DNA of 64,000 bases from Candidatus Moraniibacteriota bacterium (GTDB lineage Bacteria > Patescibacteriota > Minisyncoccia > Moranbacterales > UBA2206): NCBI GenBank assembly GCA_049303905.1, contig JBAQNP010000005.1, positions 61,655 to 125,654 of the forward strand, given 5' to 3'. The notes beneath the pieces are model-generated. The model was not told the DNA's origin. It was given only the letters and a program-made list of their open reading frames with translations, and did not search any database. Shown here piece after piece: positions 38,342 to 48,594 of the stretch. The stretch's first letter is position 1. Each line of letters begins with the position of its first letter. A program made the position numbers and the translations under genes.

Positions 38342-39079
38342 TTATTTAATCAGATTCCAGGTAAAATCAAAAAACTTTATAAAAGTTTGGGCTAGTTCTG
38401 GACTTTCAATCATAATCCCACTTTCATCTTTGAGAAATCCAATTAGGGATATTCGACTTGGACAAGCGCTGATGCGTCCGGTTATCGAACCCATACTTTC
38501 AGGCAAGTATTTAGTTGCAAGATTGGTAAATTGATTTCCATATTTTTCAAGATATGGAATTAGATCAGCGCTACCAATCATCTGAGTTTCAATCCCCATT
38601 TCTTGTCTTTGCTGAGCATATAGAATTCTAAAGTCGGCGTCAACACTATAGAAAGATGCGCCAGCCACTGTACGAAGGATTTTTTCTTCTTTATTTTTAT
38701 AATAACTCAGTTCGTCCAAAAATAGTTGCTGAATCCCTTTTCTGCCATTGTAATATTTGACTTTGGCGACATTATCTATTTTTTGCATAAAAGCTTCAAA
38801 TTGCGGGATGGCGTGCAAAAAAACGAGATTATTGTTTTGAAGTTTGTCAAAAAGTTGTCTAGGATGAACGGCTTGCAGGCTTCTTTCGGCCAAATTCTGG
38901 CTAATTAAGCCTTTTTTGCTCATTTTTTCAACAATTAGGTAAAGCGTCGTTCTCTTTAGGTTGGTTTCTTTGGCAAGTTGCGTGTAGTTGGCTTTTCCGA
39001 GTTTTAGAAGCGCCAAATATACCGCTGATTGGTCTTTTGGTATGTCTAAATTAGAGAGTATATTTTCGAGATGTTCCAT
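38342..39079 (-). CDS. TrmB-family transcriptional regulator
   Basis: The N-terminal HTH (…AVYLALLKLGKANYTQLAKETNLKRTTLYLIVEKMSKKGLI) matches TrmB. Confidence 0.65.
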   Translation of the reverse strand: MEHLENILSNLDIPKDQSAVYLALLKLGKANYTQLAKETNLKRTTLYLIVEKMSKKGLISQNLAERSLQAVHPRQLFDKLQNNNLVFLHAIPQFEAFMQKIDNVAKVKYYNGRKGIQQLFLDELSYYKNKEEKILRTVAGASFYSVDADFRILYAQQRQEMGIETQMIGSADLIPYLEKYGNQFTNLATKYLPESMGSITGRISACPSRISLIGFLKDESGIMIESPELAQTFIKFFDFTWNLIK

Positions 39080-39165
39080 GGTTTTGATGACGAAATTATC
39101 GTCATTAAGTATATCATAGCATTTAATTTATTTCAAATAAAGCAAAATATAAATATATATTTACA

Positions 39166-39195
39166 TAAATCTTGTCAAAACTCTAATTTTGGTGT
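39166..39195 (+). promoter_or_regulatory. Candidate sigma70-type promoter upstream of pncB
   Basis: TTGTCA, a 17-bp spacer, then TATATT. Confidence 0.25.
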
Positions 39196-39354
39196 ATATT
39201 GAAATACTAAGATAAAAAATGAATCAAAATAATAAGCTAGTATAATAATAAAGTATGGTAAAATAAAATCATAACGAAGATTTTAAATAAAGAGTGTTTT
39301 AAATACAATAAGAATTTGAATTTGAATTTTAATTTATTATTAAACAATAAAAGT

Positions 39355-40725
39355 ATGAATAATCTTTTTGAATTATCTGATTTACCATTAACACAATTTG
39401 CCTCAAGCTTTGCACAAGGATCTGTTTGGCTTGAAGAAGGAATGGATAAGCAAGTCGCCACTTTTGACTTGGTTGTAAGGGAGATGTCGGAATCAAGAAA
39501 CTATCTTGTGTATGGCGGACTTGAGGAGTTGGTGTTTTATATTCAAAATTTAAAATATTCCAAAAAACAAATTAAGGTTCTTTTAGATGGAAAGATAATT
39601 ACAAAGAAATTTGCAAAGTATTTAGAAAAATTTCGTTTTTCTGGGGATATACACGCAATGCCCGAAGGCACAATATTTTTTCCAGGTGAACCAATCGTTC
39701 GCATCACAGCACCTCTCATAGAAGCATCTCTTATTGAAATTGCTCTATTTAATATTACTGTCTCGAATGTTATTTTTCTTTCAAAGGCAGCTAGAATTAA
39801 AAGTGCAAGCCAAGGAAAAGGTGTGACACTTGGGATGCAAAGAGGACACTCTTTCGAATCAGGGATGAAAGGCTTACGAAGTGGATATATTTGCGGACTA
39901 CTTACTACTGGTTGGCCAAATTTTGTTCAAAAATATAATTTAGAACAAAAAAGAGAATATTTAATCAGTGGTCAACACTTTTTTATCAAATCATTCCCAA
40001 ATGAGATTGAAGCATTCGAAAAGCTGGCTAAATATTTTCCAAATAATACTGGCTTCATGATTGATACATACAATATTGACGAGGGAATATTAAATGCTAT
40101 TACTGTTGCAAAGGAGCTAAAAAGTAAAGGGAATAATTTACGCTTCGTTACAATAGATTCGGGTGATTTAATGGTACTATCTAAAAAGACCAGGAAAAGG
40201 TTAGATGAAAATAACTTAAAAGAAGTTAAAATTCTTGCAGCTACAAACATGAACGAATATAAGATCAAAAAATTGCTAGACAATGGAGCACCGATTGATT
40301 TCTTTATCTTAGCAACTGAATATGTGACCGTTTCTGATGCGCCAACACTTGAAGTGGTGTATAAAATGGCAGAGTTAAGGGATGGTAAAAAAATCCGCTA
40401 TACAGCTAAGTTAGCACAGGGAAAAACTAGTTACCCTGGAAGAAAACAGGTGTATCGTAACTTTAAAAACGGCATTATGTTTCAAGATATTGTGGGATTG
40501 GAAAATGAAAAACAAGGAGAACCACTGTTGAAAAAATATATTAGCAAAGGAATCCTGGTTAAAGAATTGCCAAAACTTGATGATATTAAGCGATATTTTA
40601 GTCAGCAAATTGAATTGATGCCTCCAAAATTATTAGACATCGAAAAGCAACAGAAATACCCAGTAGTTATTAGTGATAAAATTATTAAATTATTTAATGA
40701 GTTAAAAAATAGTCATCAAAAATAA
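39355..40725 (+). CDS. pncB: Nicotinate phosphoribosyltransferase
   Basis: The NAPRTase N-terminal region (…YGGLEELVFYIQNLKYSKKQIKVL…) and its ~450-aa length match. Start placed at the internal Met (MNNLFEL). Confidence 0.65.
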   Translation: MNNLFELSDLPLTQFASSFAQGSVWLEEGMDKQVATFDLVVREMSESRNYLVYGGLEELVFYIQNLKYSKKQIKVLLDGKIITKKFAKYLEKFRFSGDIHAMPEGTIFFPGEPIVRITAPLIEASLIEIALFNITVSNVIFLSKAARIKSASQGKGVTLGMQRGHSFESGMKGLRSGYICGLLTTGWPNFVQKYNLEQKREYLISGQHFFIKSFPNEIEAFEKLAKYFPNNTGFMIDTYNIDEGILNAITVAKELKSKGNNLRFVTIDSGDLMVLSKKTRKRLDENNLKEVKILAATNMNEYKIKKLLDNGAPIDFFILATEYVTVSDAPTLEVVYKMAELRDGKKIRYTAKLAQGKTSYPGRKQVYRNFKNGIMFQDIVGLENEKQGEPLLKKYISKGILVKELPKLDDIKRYFSQQIELMPPKLLDIEKQQKYPVVISDKIIKLFNELKNSHQK

Positions 40726-40874
40726 TTCGTTAAAAATGAGCAAAGAATATCGGCAAGATTTTGAGGAAGATTGCTTATGTGCCGGGTTTATTATTTGTAA
40801 GTGAAAATAAAATAAAGCTTGATAAGTTAAAACTTATAATTAGATTTGTGAGTAATAAAATAAAGAGTCTTTTT

Positions 40875-42404
40875 TTATTCCGTCTTAAAGCGGTATTGCA
40901 AGGCTTCGGCGATGTGGGTGGGGGAAATTTTTTCGGAACTTTCGAGATCGGCGATGGTGCGGGCGACTTTGATGATGCGATAATAGGCGCGGGCGCTCAG
41001 GTGAAAATTAGAAACCGCTTTTTTCATAAGTTCCAATGATTCAGGCGTAAGGCGACAGAAATTTTTTATTTGTTCACTGCCCATTTCGCTGTTGGAAATA
41101 GTTTGAGATCCGGAAAATCTTTCTTTTTGAATAGCGCGAGCTTTTTCGACGCGAACTCGGATGTCGCAAGATTTTTCTCCAACAGTGGCATCTTCAGAAA
41201 GTTTTTCAAATTTGATGCGCGGGACTTCGACATGGAGATCGATTCTGTCCATAATCGGTCCGGAAATTTTTCGTTGATATTTTATGATGGAAGCCGGATT
41301 GCAGACACAAGTTTTTTCCGGATCAGTGGCATTGCCACAAGGGCAGGGATTCATTGCGGCGATCAAAGTAAACCTCGCTGGAAATTCCATTGTGCCTTGG
41401 GCGCGAGAAATTGTTATTATTCCATCTTCCAGTGGTTGTCTCAAATTTTCCAAAACATTGCGAGAGAATTCAGGGAATTCATCCAGAAACAATATTCCAC
41501 GATGTGAAAGGCTGATTTCTCCAGGGCGAGGAAAGGTTCCTCCACCAACCAAAGAAACGGAAGAAGCACTGTGATGTGGGGAGCGAAACTGACGTTTGGT
41601 GATGAGTGAGTCGGAACGTTTTAGTTGTCCGGCAATGGAAAATATCTTTGTCACTTCCAAAGCTTCGGGAATGGTGAGTTTGGGCAAAATCGAAGACATG
41701 GTTTTGGCGAGAAGGGTTTTTCCACTTCCCGGTGGGCCGTTCAAAATCACATTATGTCCTCCGGCAGCCGCAATTTCAAGCGCGCGTTTAGCATGTTCTT
41801 GTCCGCGAACGTGTGACATATCCACAAGATAATCATCATAGGAAAAAAGTTCCTCCAGATTTATTTTTTCCGCGGGAATAATTTTTTGTTCTCCGGAAAG
41901 ATGATCAATAAGTTCAATGAGAGTACTTACTGGAAAAATTTCTACGCCAGAAATGACAGAAGCTTCGCCGATATTGTCCTTGGGGATATATAATTCTTTG
42001 ATATTTTTTTCTTTGGCTAAAATTGCCATTGGAAGCACACCTTTGATTGGTCTGACTTTTCCATCCAGCGACAATTCTCCTAGGAATATTTTGTCTTTGA
42101 AATCAAAGGTCAATTGATCAGTGGCTAAAAGAAAACCAAGGGCGATTGGCAAATCATAAATCGGACCTTCTTTTTTGAGATCAGCCGGAGCCAAATTGAC
42201 AGTGACGCGTCCAGCGCGATGCGGTGGCAAGAATCCAGAATTTCGAATAGCGGCGCTCACACGATCGCGAGATTCTTTGATGGCGGTATCAGGCAGTCCA
42301 ACAATATTGAATTGATGAAGACCAGCGCTGACTGTGTCTGCTTCCACTTCGACGAGCTCGCTTTTGAGTCCGATTGTTGCGGCCGAAAAAACTTTTGAAG
42401 ACAT
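40875..42404 (-). CDS. YifB/ComM-family Mg-chelatase-like AAA+ ATPase
   Basis: The N-terminal Lon-like domain (…ESRDRVSAAIRNSGF…) plus the Walker A site GPPGSGKT match. Start placed at MSSKVF; the longer ORF-track start lies inside CATGAAR repeats. Confidence 0.8.
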   Translation of the reverse strand: MSSKVFSAATIGLKSELVEVEADTVSAGLHQFNIVGLPDTAIKESRDRVSAAIRNSGFLPPHRAGRVTVNLAPADLKKEGPIYDLPIALGFLLATDQLTFDFKDKIFLGELSLDGKVRPIKGVLPMAILAKEKNIKELYIPKDNIGEASVISGVEIFPVSTLIELIDHLSGEQKIIPAEKINLEELFSYDDYLVDMSHVRGQEHAKRALEIAAAGGHNVILNGPPGSGKTLLAKTMSSILPKLTIPEALEVTKIFSIAGQLKRSDSLITKRQFRSPHHSASSVSLVGGGTFPRPGEISLSHRGILFLDEFPEFSRNVLENLRQPLEDGIITISRAQGTMEFPARFTLIAAMNPCPCGNATDPEKTCVCNPASIIKYQRKISGPIMDRIDLHVEVPRIKFEKLSEDATVGEKSCDIRVRVEKARAIQKERFSGSQTISNSEMGSEQIKNFCRLTPESLELMKKAVSNFHLSARAYYRIIKVARTIADLESSEKISPTHIAEALQYRFKTE

Positions 42405-42441
42405 AAATTCATGAAACATGAAGCATGAAACACGAAACAAT

Positions 42442-42897
42442 CTAGTTTAATTTTTGTTTCATGTTACATGTTATATGTTGCGTGATTAATATGATTATTC
42501 CTATTGTAATATAAATATCTGCGAAATTAAATATGGGCCAGAATTTTAGGTCGATAAAATCGATGACACAACCGAAGTGGAGCCTGTCAATAATATTAGC
42601 TATTGCTCCTGATAAAATTAACAAAAATGAAATAGATGGTATTACTTTAAAATTTTCAATTTTCAATTTACAATTTTCAATGAATTTTTTAATGTTCAAT
42701 TTTAAATGATAAATAAAAAATATTAAAAGTATAAAAGCTATTATAATAAAAAGATAATTAAATTTTAATCCAAAAGCCAAATTTTCATTGCAAATATAAA
42801 ATCCGCTTTTAGTGCGGATGATATATTTTGAAATCTGATCAAGCGAAATTAGAAATAAAAAACAAACAGTATAAATTATTTTTTTATATTTCCCCAT
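42442..42897 (-). CDS. lspA: Lipoprotein signal peptidase (signal peptidase II)
   Basis: 151 aa, 4 TM helices, the conserved FNFADIYITIG region. Confidence 0.75.
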   Translation of the reverse strand: MGKYKKIIYTVCFLFLISLDQISKYIIRTKSGFYICNENLAFGLKFNYLFIIIAFILLIFFIYHLKLNIKKFIENCKLKIENFKVIPSISFLLILSGAIANIIDRLHFGCVIDFIDLKFWPIFNFADIYITIGIIILITQHITCNMKQKLN

Positions 42898-42913
42898 TCG
42901 TGATTATTAGTAT

Positions 42914-43267
42914 TTAGCAGTCAAGACAAACTCGTGCGCTTGGATTAACCCGAAGTCTTTCTAGCGGAATATCCTTATCACAATTTTCGCATTTTCCATA
43001 AGTACCTTTTTCCATCTTTTCCAAAGCATCAAGAACATTTTGTAGTTGTTTTTCTAAAGAATTTTCTACGGATAAGTTTTGGGAATATTGATCAACTTCA
43101 GTTGCATTATCATCTTTATCATCGCCAAGTTCTTCAAAAGAAGTTTCATAATCCCCCTCTTCCTTGTTGATTGGTTTTGCGATTCGTCCTAAGTTTTTTT
43201 CCAAATCTTCTTTCTCATTGAGAAGCATTGCTTTTAGCTCATCTAATGTTTTTTGGTCGATAGCCAT
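42914..43267 (-). CDS. DksA/TraR-family C4 zinc-finger protein
   Basis: An acidic coiled-coil N-terminus and the C-terminal CENCDKDIP…VCLDC four-Cys finger. Confidence 0.65.
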   Translation of the reverse strand: MAIDQKTLDELKAMLLNEKEDLEKNLGRIAKPINKEEGDYETSFEELGDDKDDNATEVDQYSQNLSVENSLEKQLQNVLDALEKMEKGTYGKCENCDKDIPLERLRVNPSARVCLDC

Positions 43268-43333
43268 AAATTTATTTTAATCTAATTATTACTTAGCTAA
43301 TACAATTTTAGCAGAGAAAAAGGCTAATGTCTA

Positions 43334-43717
43334 TCAAAGACTGGGAATATGTTTTATTTTAGCTTCATTTGTTTCTTTATTTATCCAGACAGAAATAGCA
43401 TCAAAGCGGTAAGGCGCATTATGTAGATTTTTTGTGCGCAGGTAGACACTGGCAATTTTGTCGAGTTTTTTGAGTTTGGTGTAGGTAATATTCTCTTCCG
43501 GCAAAGTATTTTTATATTTTTCATATCCCCTAGTTTTGACTTCCACAAAAACAATTTCACCATTTTTCAATTCTTTGGCTATAATATCAATTTCTCCCAA
43601 TCTTCGGCCAAGATTATTTTGAAAATTGCGATCCAAAATTTTGTAGCCATTATTCTGTAGAAATTTGACGGCGGCATCTTCTCCGAGATTGCCTAAATTT
43701 TTAGTTTCAGTAGTCAT
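43334..43717 (-). CDS. YraN-family (UPF0102) endonuclease-like protein
   Basis: LGEDAAVKFLQNNGYKILDRNF…GEIDIIAK…VFVEVKTR is the YraN signature. Confidence 0.7.
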   Translation of the reverse strand: MTTETKNLGNLGEDAAVKFLQNNGYKILDRNFQNNLGRRLGEIDIIAKELKNGEIVFVEVKTRGYEKYKNTLPEENITYTKLKKLDKIASVYLRTKNLHNAPYRFDAISVWINKETNEAKIKHIPSL

Positions 43718-43740
43718 GAATATATTATAACAGATTTATA

Positions 43741-43855
43741 ATTTACGAAAATACGAATTAAACTAAATTACTAATTCGCCCAGCCTCGACTCGCGAAGAC
43801 GCTCGTCGACGCGAGGCGGGTACTTTCGCTAGATTCGTATTTTCGTAAGGATAAC
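43741..43855. repeat. Composite repeat: a TACGAA hairpin element (as at 28705-28797) interrupted by the GC-rich 42-bp palindrome
   Basis: The outer ~75 bp align almost base-for-base with 28721-28797. The inner block 43778-43819 matches 32493-32533. Confidence 0.8.
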
Positions 43856-44699
43856 AAAAAACACCCTTCTTAGGTGCCTCTAAAATCTAATAAAATTCTC
43901 CAACTTCACCCGCCCGATTACGCATAAGGTATGGTAACCGGGCATCCTATGCCCGTATAATAAATATAATTGACAAGAATGCCCGGTGTTTGTCATGTAT
44001 TAACATATAATACGGAAATTTTTTAGCCCGGGTGAGAGGCATCGAAATTATGATATATATGTATTTTATATACATGCCGTTTTTAGTATTCTTCTGACTT
44101 TTTTTGAATACTCTTCTTCTGCCATCCTCTGGCATAAAGCCTTTGGATTTAAAGAACTAACTTTTTATTTTTTATTTTTGTTTAAAAAGTTTTTATGACG
44201 TGTCCTCTTGAAAATATAACTTTATTTATAGTCTCAAGCGGACACATCATTTTTTGTTTTTGTTTTGGGTCTCCAAGGTCAGAAATCTTGGAGCGACTCC
44301 TGCGCGTTGGCAGGAATACTTGGACAGCAGAATAGTTTTCAATCGTAAATAGGGGGAAATTACGATTGAAAACTATTCTGCCATACCGCTGCGCAAGTTT
44401 TTAATGTTCAATATAACTATTATATCAAAAAAATTGGTAAAAGTCAATTATGCGCATGAATAATAATTCAGAAGACCATTGTTTATGCAGTTAAATGATA
44501 TTTTTTGGATAATTTTTCCTCTCTTTACTTTTTTAAAATAAAAATAGCTATTTTTTAAATGAAATCCTTTATTTCTATTGAGTTATCCACAGGTTATGCC
44601 GTTATAACTTAAATTATACTATTTTTAAGTGAGTATCATAGGTTTGTCTAGCAGAATTTCTTGTAAAATACAATTAAAATTGTTTAAGTTATAACGGTA

Positions 44700-45977
44700 T
44701 TATTCAGATAATCGATCTAAGGCTGAAAATAAGGTAGTTTTAGTAGTTCCGATGACTAATTTATTCCCAACAAATGCATAATCTAGTGCATAATCATCAG
44801 CTGAGGTGATATTCGTATAGCGGACAGCATGATTTTTGTATGTAGCAGAGGAAAAAGTACTTATAGTAGGCGCAGTTATGGTTGGATAAAGTGGGGATAA
44901 GCTAATTGGAAGGCTTTTTTCTTCTTTTGTGAGAGCGGTTTTCATGAAATTGTCATTTAGTACAGTCAAAAGTAATCCAAATCTTGTTTTGTCGCCGTAA
45001 TTATAGATATAGAGACTGAAGTCTTGGCCAATTTGAGCGGAAATTCCCGGAGTTAGGTTTATGCCGAGGGTTGTGGCAAAATCTTGAAAAGTGACAGGGG
45101 TGTTTGTTTCGTCAGTTATTAGAAATTCAAAAACTCCTATTTCATTAGTTGCCAAAACTTTAGTGGTATATTCATTTAGTGTTTGTTTTAGGTTTTCAGC
45201 ATTAGCCTGAGTCAGATTGATTTGCAAATAGTTGGAATTTTTGGATGAAAGAGTTGGGATTGGCGTTGTTTCCTCGGGCAGCGTTTCTTCTTCGGGAAAA
45301 GTCGTCTCGGGCTTGTCAATGATAATATCTTTTTGAACCGGAACTGATATGCGAGTCATCCAAAAATAGTATCCACCAGCGCTGGCAATTAGAATGACAA
45401 AAATCACAACTGCAATGGTAATTGCTTTGCCAATGCCATGATGTGGTTCGGCAATATTTTCTTTTGGAGTTTCTTGAAAAGTTTTTTGCATAGTAGGCTG
45501 AGAATTTTTTGGTATTTCTTGTGATTTGATATTTATTTTTTCTTCAACTTTCTTAGCATTAGTTGGTCTTGGCGCAGGCGCAGGAACTTCTCTTGGTGTT
45601 TCAACAGCTATTTTTTTTGGAAGTTCTACAGATTCATCAAAATAAAGGGGCTCATTTTTTGTTTGGGCAATTTTAGGCGCATAATTAGCAGGCTTTTCTT
45701 GAGTTTTTGGGGTTTCTGGGCGAAAGAACGGTCCATTTTTTTCCGGAGAAATATTTTGTGGTTTTGCATCAAAAGAAAATGTTTTTTTTGGCTCAATATT
45801 TTCAATCTGAATTTCTTTTTTGAGAGAAGGATTTTGCAATTCTTTTAAATCTTCTTTCATAGTATGAATTGGAAAATCTTCCAATTTGAAATTGTCTTCA
45901 TTGAGATTTATTTTTTCATCGCTTGTCTGATTTTTATTTTTTGGATCATTTGATCCTTTTGAATTTAGTCCAAACAT
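44700..45977 (-). CDS. Hypothetical Pro/Lys-rich single-pass membrane protein
   Basis: 425 aa. Low-complexity N-terminal half, one TM helix, C-terminal globular part. Confidence 0.45.
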   Translation of the reverse strand: MFGLNSKGSNDPKNKNQTSDEKINLNEDNFKLEDFPIHTMKEDLKELQNPSLKKEIQIENIEPKKTFSFDAKPQNISPEKNGPFFRPETPKTQEKPANYAPKIAQTKNEPLYFDESVELPKKIAVETPREVPAPAPRPTNAKKVEEKINIKSQEIPKNSQPTMQKTFQETPKENIAEPHHGIGKAITIAVVIFVILIASAGGYYFWMTRISVPVQKDIIIDKPETTFPEEETLPEETTPIPTLSSKNSNYLQINLTQANAENLKQTLNEYTTKVLATNEIGVFEFLITDETNTPVTFQDFATTLGINLTPGISAQIGQDFSLYIYNYGDKTRFGLLLTVLNDNFMKTALTKEEKSLPISLSPLYPTITAPTISTFSSATYKNHAVRYTNITSADDYALDYAFVGNKLVIGTTKTTLFSALDRLSE

Positions 45978-46127
45978 TTTGTTAAAAAATAATTTTTATT
46001 TTATTGAAATATTATTTGTAGATTCGCATCGCTATTATTATTTTACAATAGATTTGAAAATTTGGGAAATGGGATATTTTAAAATTAAAAAGCGGAGAGT
46101 GATTATTGCATCACCTCCGCTTTTTTT

Positions 46128-46215
46128 ATTTGTCATGCTGAATTTATTTCAGCATCTCTTCTTTAGATCCTGAAACCCGCCTGCCGGCGAGGCATGGCAA
46201 GTTCAGGATGACAAG
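46128..46215. terminator. Nested-hairpin terminator element (TGTCATGCTGAA…TTCAGCATCT…ATCCTGAAC…GTTCAGGATGACAA) downstream of pnp
   Basis: A second copy lies at 57951-58015. This copy also carries a GC-rich palindrome insert (CCGCCTGCCGGCGAGGC). Confidence 0.65.
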
Positions 46216-46223
46216 GAAAATAA

Positions 46224-48332
46224 TTATTCCTTATTCACATTCTTCATAGTGAGACTTATTTTTCCTTGATCGTCAATTGTTTTGACGCGTACGGGAACAA
46301 TTTGGCCAACTTTCAAGTAGTCTTCTACATTTTCTACGCGTTTATCGGCAATTTCACTGACGTGAATGAGACCATCTTGTCCTGGGAGAAGTTCGACGAA
46401 AGCGCCGAAAGCCATAATTTTGACTACCTTAGCTTGGAAGATTTCACCGGCTTTGACTTCTCGGGTGAGGTTATTAATCCATTCTTTCGCCTTTTCAGCA
46501 GACTGTTTGTCAACGGAAGTGATGAAAACTGAACCGTCGTCTTCAATGTCAATTTCTACTCCAGTTTCGTCAATTATTTCATTGATGACTTTGCCACCAG
46601 TACCGATGACATTTCTAATTTTGTCAGGATTGATATGCATAACGATAATGCGTGGAGCATATTGAGACATTTCAGGATTTGGAACAGCGATAGTGTCGGT
46701 AATTTTCTTGAGAATTTCCATTCTATTTTTTTGCGATTGGATAAGAACGGCTTCGAGCATTGGAATGGTCACTCCATCAAGTTTCACATCCATTTGCAAA
46801 GCGGTAATTCCTTCGCTTGTTCCAGCCGCTTTGAAGTCCATGTCGCCATAATGATCCTCGAGTCCTTGAATGTCCGTTAGAACTTTAAATTTTTGATTGT
46901 CCTTTTGATCAACGATAATTCCCATGGCAATTCCTGAAACAGGACGCTTAATCGGCACACCAGCATTCATAAGAGAAAGGGTGGATCCACAAGTAGAAGC
47001 CATTGAAGAAGAACCATTGGAAGAAAGTGTTTCACTCATAAGAAGAATTGTATATGGAAATTCTTCTTTGGAAGGCAAAACTGGCACGAGGGCTTTTTCT
47101 GCGAGTGCTCCATGGCCAATTTCTCGTCGCCCTGGACCGCGCATTGGTCGTACTTCTCCGACTGAGTATGGCGGGAAGTTGTAATAATGAATATATCTCT
47201 TTTTAGTGTCTACTTCCATCGTGTCGATTATTTGTTCCGCTCCCGGAGCACCAAGAGTTGTGACGGTGAGGGCTTGAGTTTCTCCGCGAGTGAAAAGCCC
47301 GGTACCATGAGTGCGTGGCAAAATTCCTACTTTGCATTCGATATGACGAATTTCTTCTAGTTTCCGTCCATCCGGTCGCATTTCTTTTTCTAGGATATTT
47401 TGATGTACAATTTCATCAGATACTTCTTCGGATACAATATCCGCTATTTCTTTGAGTTTCTCTGCTTCATCCGGATAGGTTTCCTTGATGAAAACAGAAA
47501 TTTTTTCACTAATTGCTTTGGTTTTCTCTTCAATAACCTTTTTGTCTTTATCATAAAGCGCTTCGGCTAGTCCTTCTGACAAAAGCATTTCCTTGATCTT
47601 ATTTTCAAATTCCTCTGTTCCTTTGACAAGCGCTGGCTCAGATTTTTCTTTTCCAATTTCTTTTTGAATTTGTCCAACAAATTCTGAGATTTTTCCAATG
47701 GCTTCATGAGCGAATTTAATTGCTTCGATCATTTCTGATTCTGGTACTTCCTTAGAAGCGCATTCAATCATATTGATTTTGTCTTGTGTTCCACTGACGA
47801 GAAGATCGAGTGATCCGTCAGTTAATTCTCCATTGACTGGGTTTAGGATTAGTTCTTCTCCAACTTTTCCTACGCGAACGGCGCTCACGGGTCCATTCCA
47901 AGGAATGTTGGAAATGGAAAGCGCGGCTGAGGCAGCGATAATAGCAACTACATCCGGATCGTTTTCGCCATCATATGATAAAACAGTACAAACTACTTGT
48001 ACATCATTTCTCATTCGAGAGTTGAAAAGTGGGCGAATAGTTCGGTCAACTGCGCGACCAGACAAAATTGCATCGTCGCTTGGTCGGCCTTCACGCTTGA
48101 TGAATCTCGAACCTTTAATTTTCCCAGCGGCATAATATCTTTCTTCAAAATCTACCATTAGTGGAAAATACCCACTCACTCTTGATGCAGATTTACTCAT
48201 GACAGCTGTAGCAAGCACCACTGTGTCGCCATAACGAGCCGTTACAGCGCCGTTGGCTTGACCGGCCAAAAGACCGGTTTCGATTTCCAAAATTCGTCCC
48301 CCAACTTGGAGGGACCATTTTTTTTGTTCCAT
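46224..48332 (-). CDS. pnp: Polyribonucleotide nucleotidyltransferase (PNPase)
   Basis: Two RNase PH domains, plus the KH and S1 domains (…GEIFQAKVVKIMAFGAFVEL…). 702 aa. Lies downstream of rpsO. Confidence 0.9.
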   Translation of the reverse strand: MEQKKWSLQVGGRILEIETGLLAGQANGAVTARYGDTVVLATAVMSKSASRVSGYFPLMVDFEERYYAAGKIKGSRFIKREGRPSDDAILSGRAVDRTIRPLFNSRMRNDVQVVCTVLSYDGENDPDVVAIIAASAALSISNIPWNGPVSAVRVGKVGEELILNPVNGELTDGSLDLLVSGTQDKINMIECASKEVPESEMIEAIKFAHEAIGKISEFVGQIQKEIGKEKSEPALVKGTEEFENKIKEMLLSEGLAEALYDKDKKVIEEKTKAISEKISVFIKETYPDEAEKLKEIADIVSEEVSDEIVHQNILEKEMRPDGRKLEEIRHIECKVGILPRTHGTGLFTRGETQALTVTTLGAPGAEQIIDTMEVDTKKRYIHYYNFPPYSVGEVRPMRGPGRREIGHGALAEKALVPVLPSKEEFPYTILLMSETLSSNGSSSMASTCGSTLSLMNAGVPIKRPVSGIAMGIIVDQKDNQKFKVLTDIQGLEDHYGDMDFKAAGTSEGITALQMDVKLDGVTIPMLEAVLIQSQKNRMEILKKITDTIAVPNPEMSQYAPRIIVMHINPDKIRNVIGTGGKVINEIIDETGVEIDIEDDGSVFITSVDKQSAEKAKEWINNLTREVKAGEIFQAKVVKIMAFGAFVELLPGQDGLIHVSEIADKRVENVEDYLKVGQIVPVRVKTIDDQGKISLTMKNVNKE

Positions 48333-48354
48333 AGATTGCGTAAATTCACGCGAA

Positions 48355-48395
48355 AGTCAAAAGTCAAAAGTCAAAAGTCAAAACTACAATTCAAA
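48355..48395. repeat. Heptamer tandem array (AAAGTCA)x4, decaying into related 7-mers, in the pnp leader region
   Basis: Read directly: aaagtcaaaagtcaaaagtcaaaagtcaaaactac…. Confidence 0.8.
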
Positions 48396-48594
48396 ACTTA
48401 AAAGTTAAATACTGAATTGTGGCTTTGAGTGGCTTTTCTTTAGCCTTGGGCGTGATTTTAAATTACTTAATTATTGTTAAAATTCTAGCTTATTTTAGGG
48501 GTTTTGTCAATTTTTTTAGGAAAAATAAAAAAACGGAGCATAATCCGTTTTTTGTATATTCGTATATTTGTAATAGATTAGTAATTCGTAAAGT

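Noticed and set aside
41070-42117. A stack of plus-strand ORFs (145, 96, 78, 63 and 66 aa) opposite comM/yifB
   Set aside because: The comM region is relatively GC-rich, which generates long antisense ORFs. None has recognisable motifs. comM motifs are intact on the minus strand.
43718-44699. Attempt to place RNase P RNA, tmRNA or SRP RNA in the 1-kb noncoding region
   Set aside because: Hallmark strings were not found by eye (GGAAAGTCCGG for the RNase P P4 region, the tmRNA tag ORF with 3' CCACCA, the SRP GGAAGCAGCC region). The question is left open for covariance-model search rather than called.
46266-48135. Multiple plus-strand ORFs antisense to pnp
   Set aside because: Same cause. PNPase is unambiguous on the minus strand.
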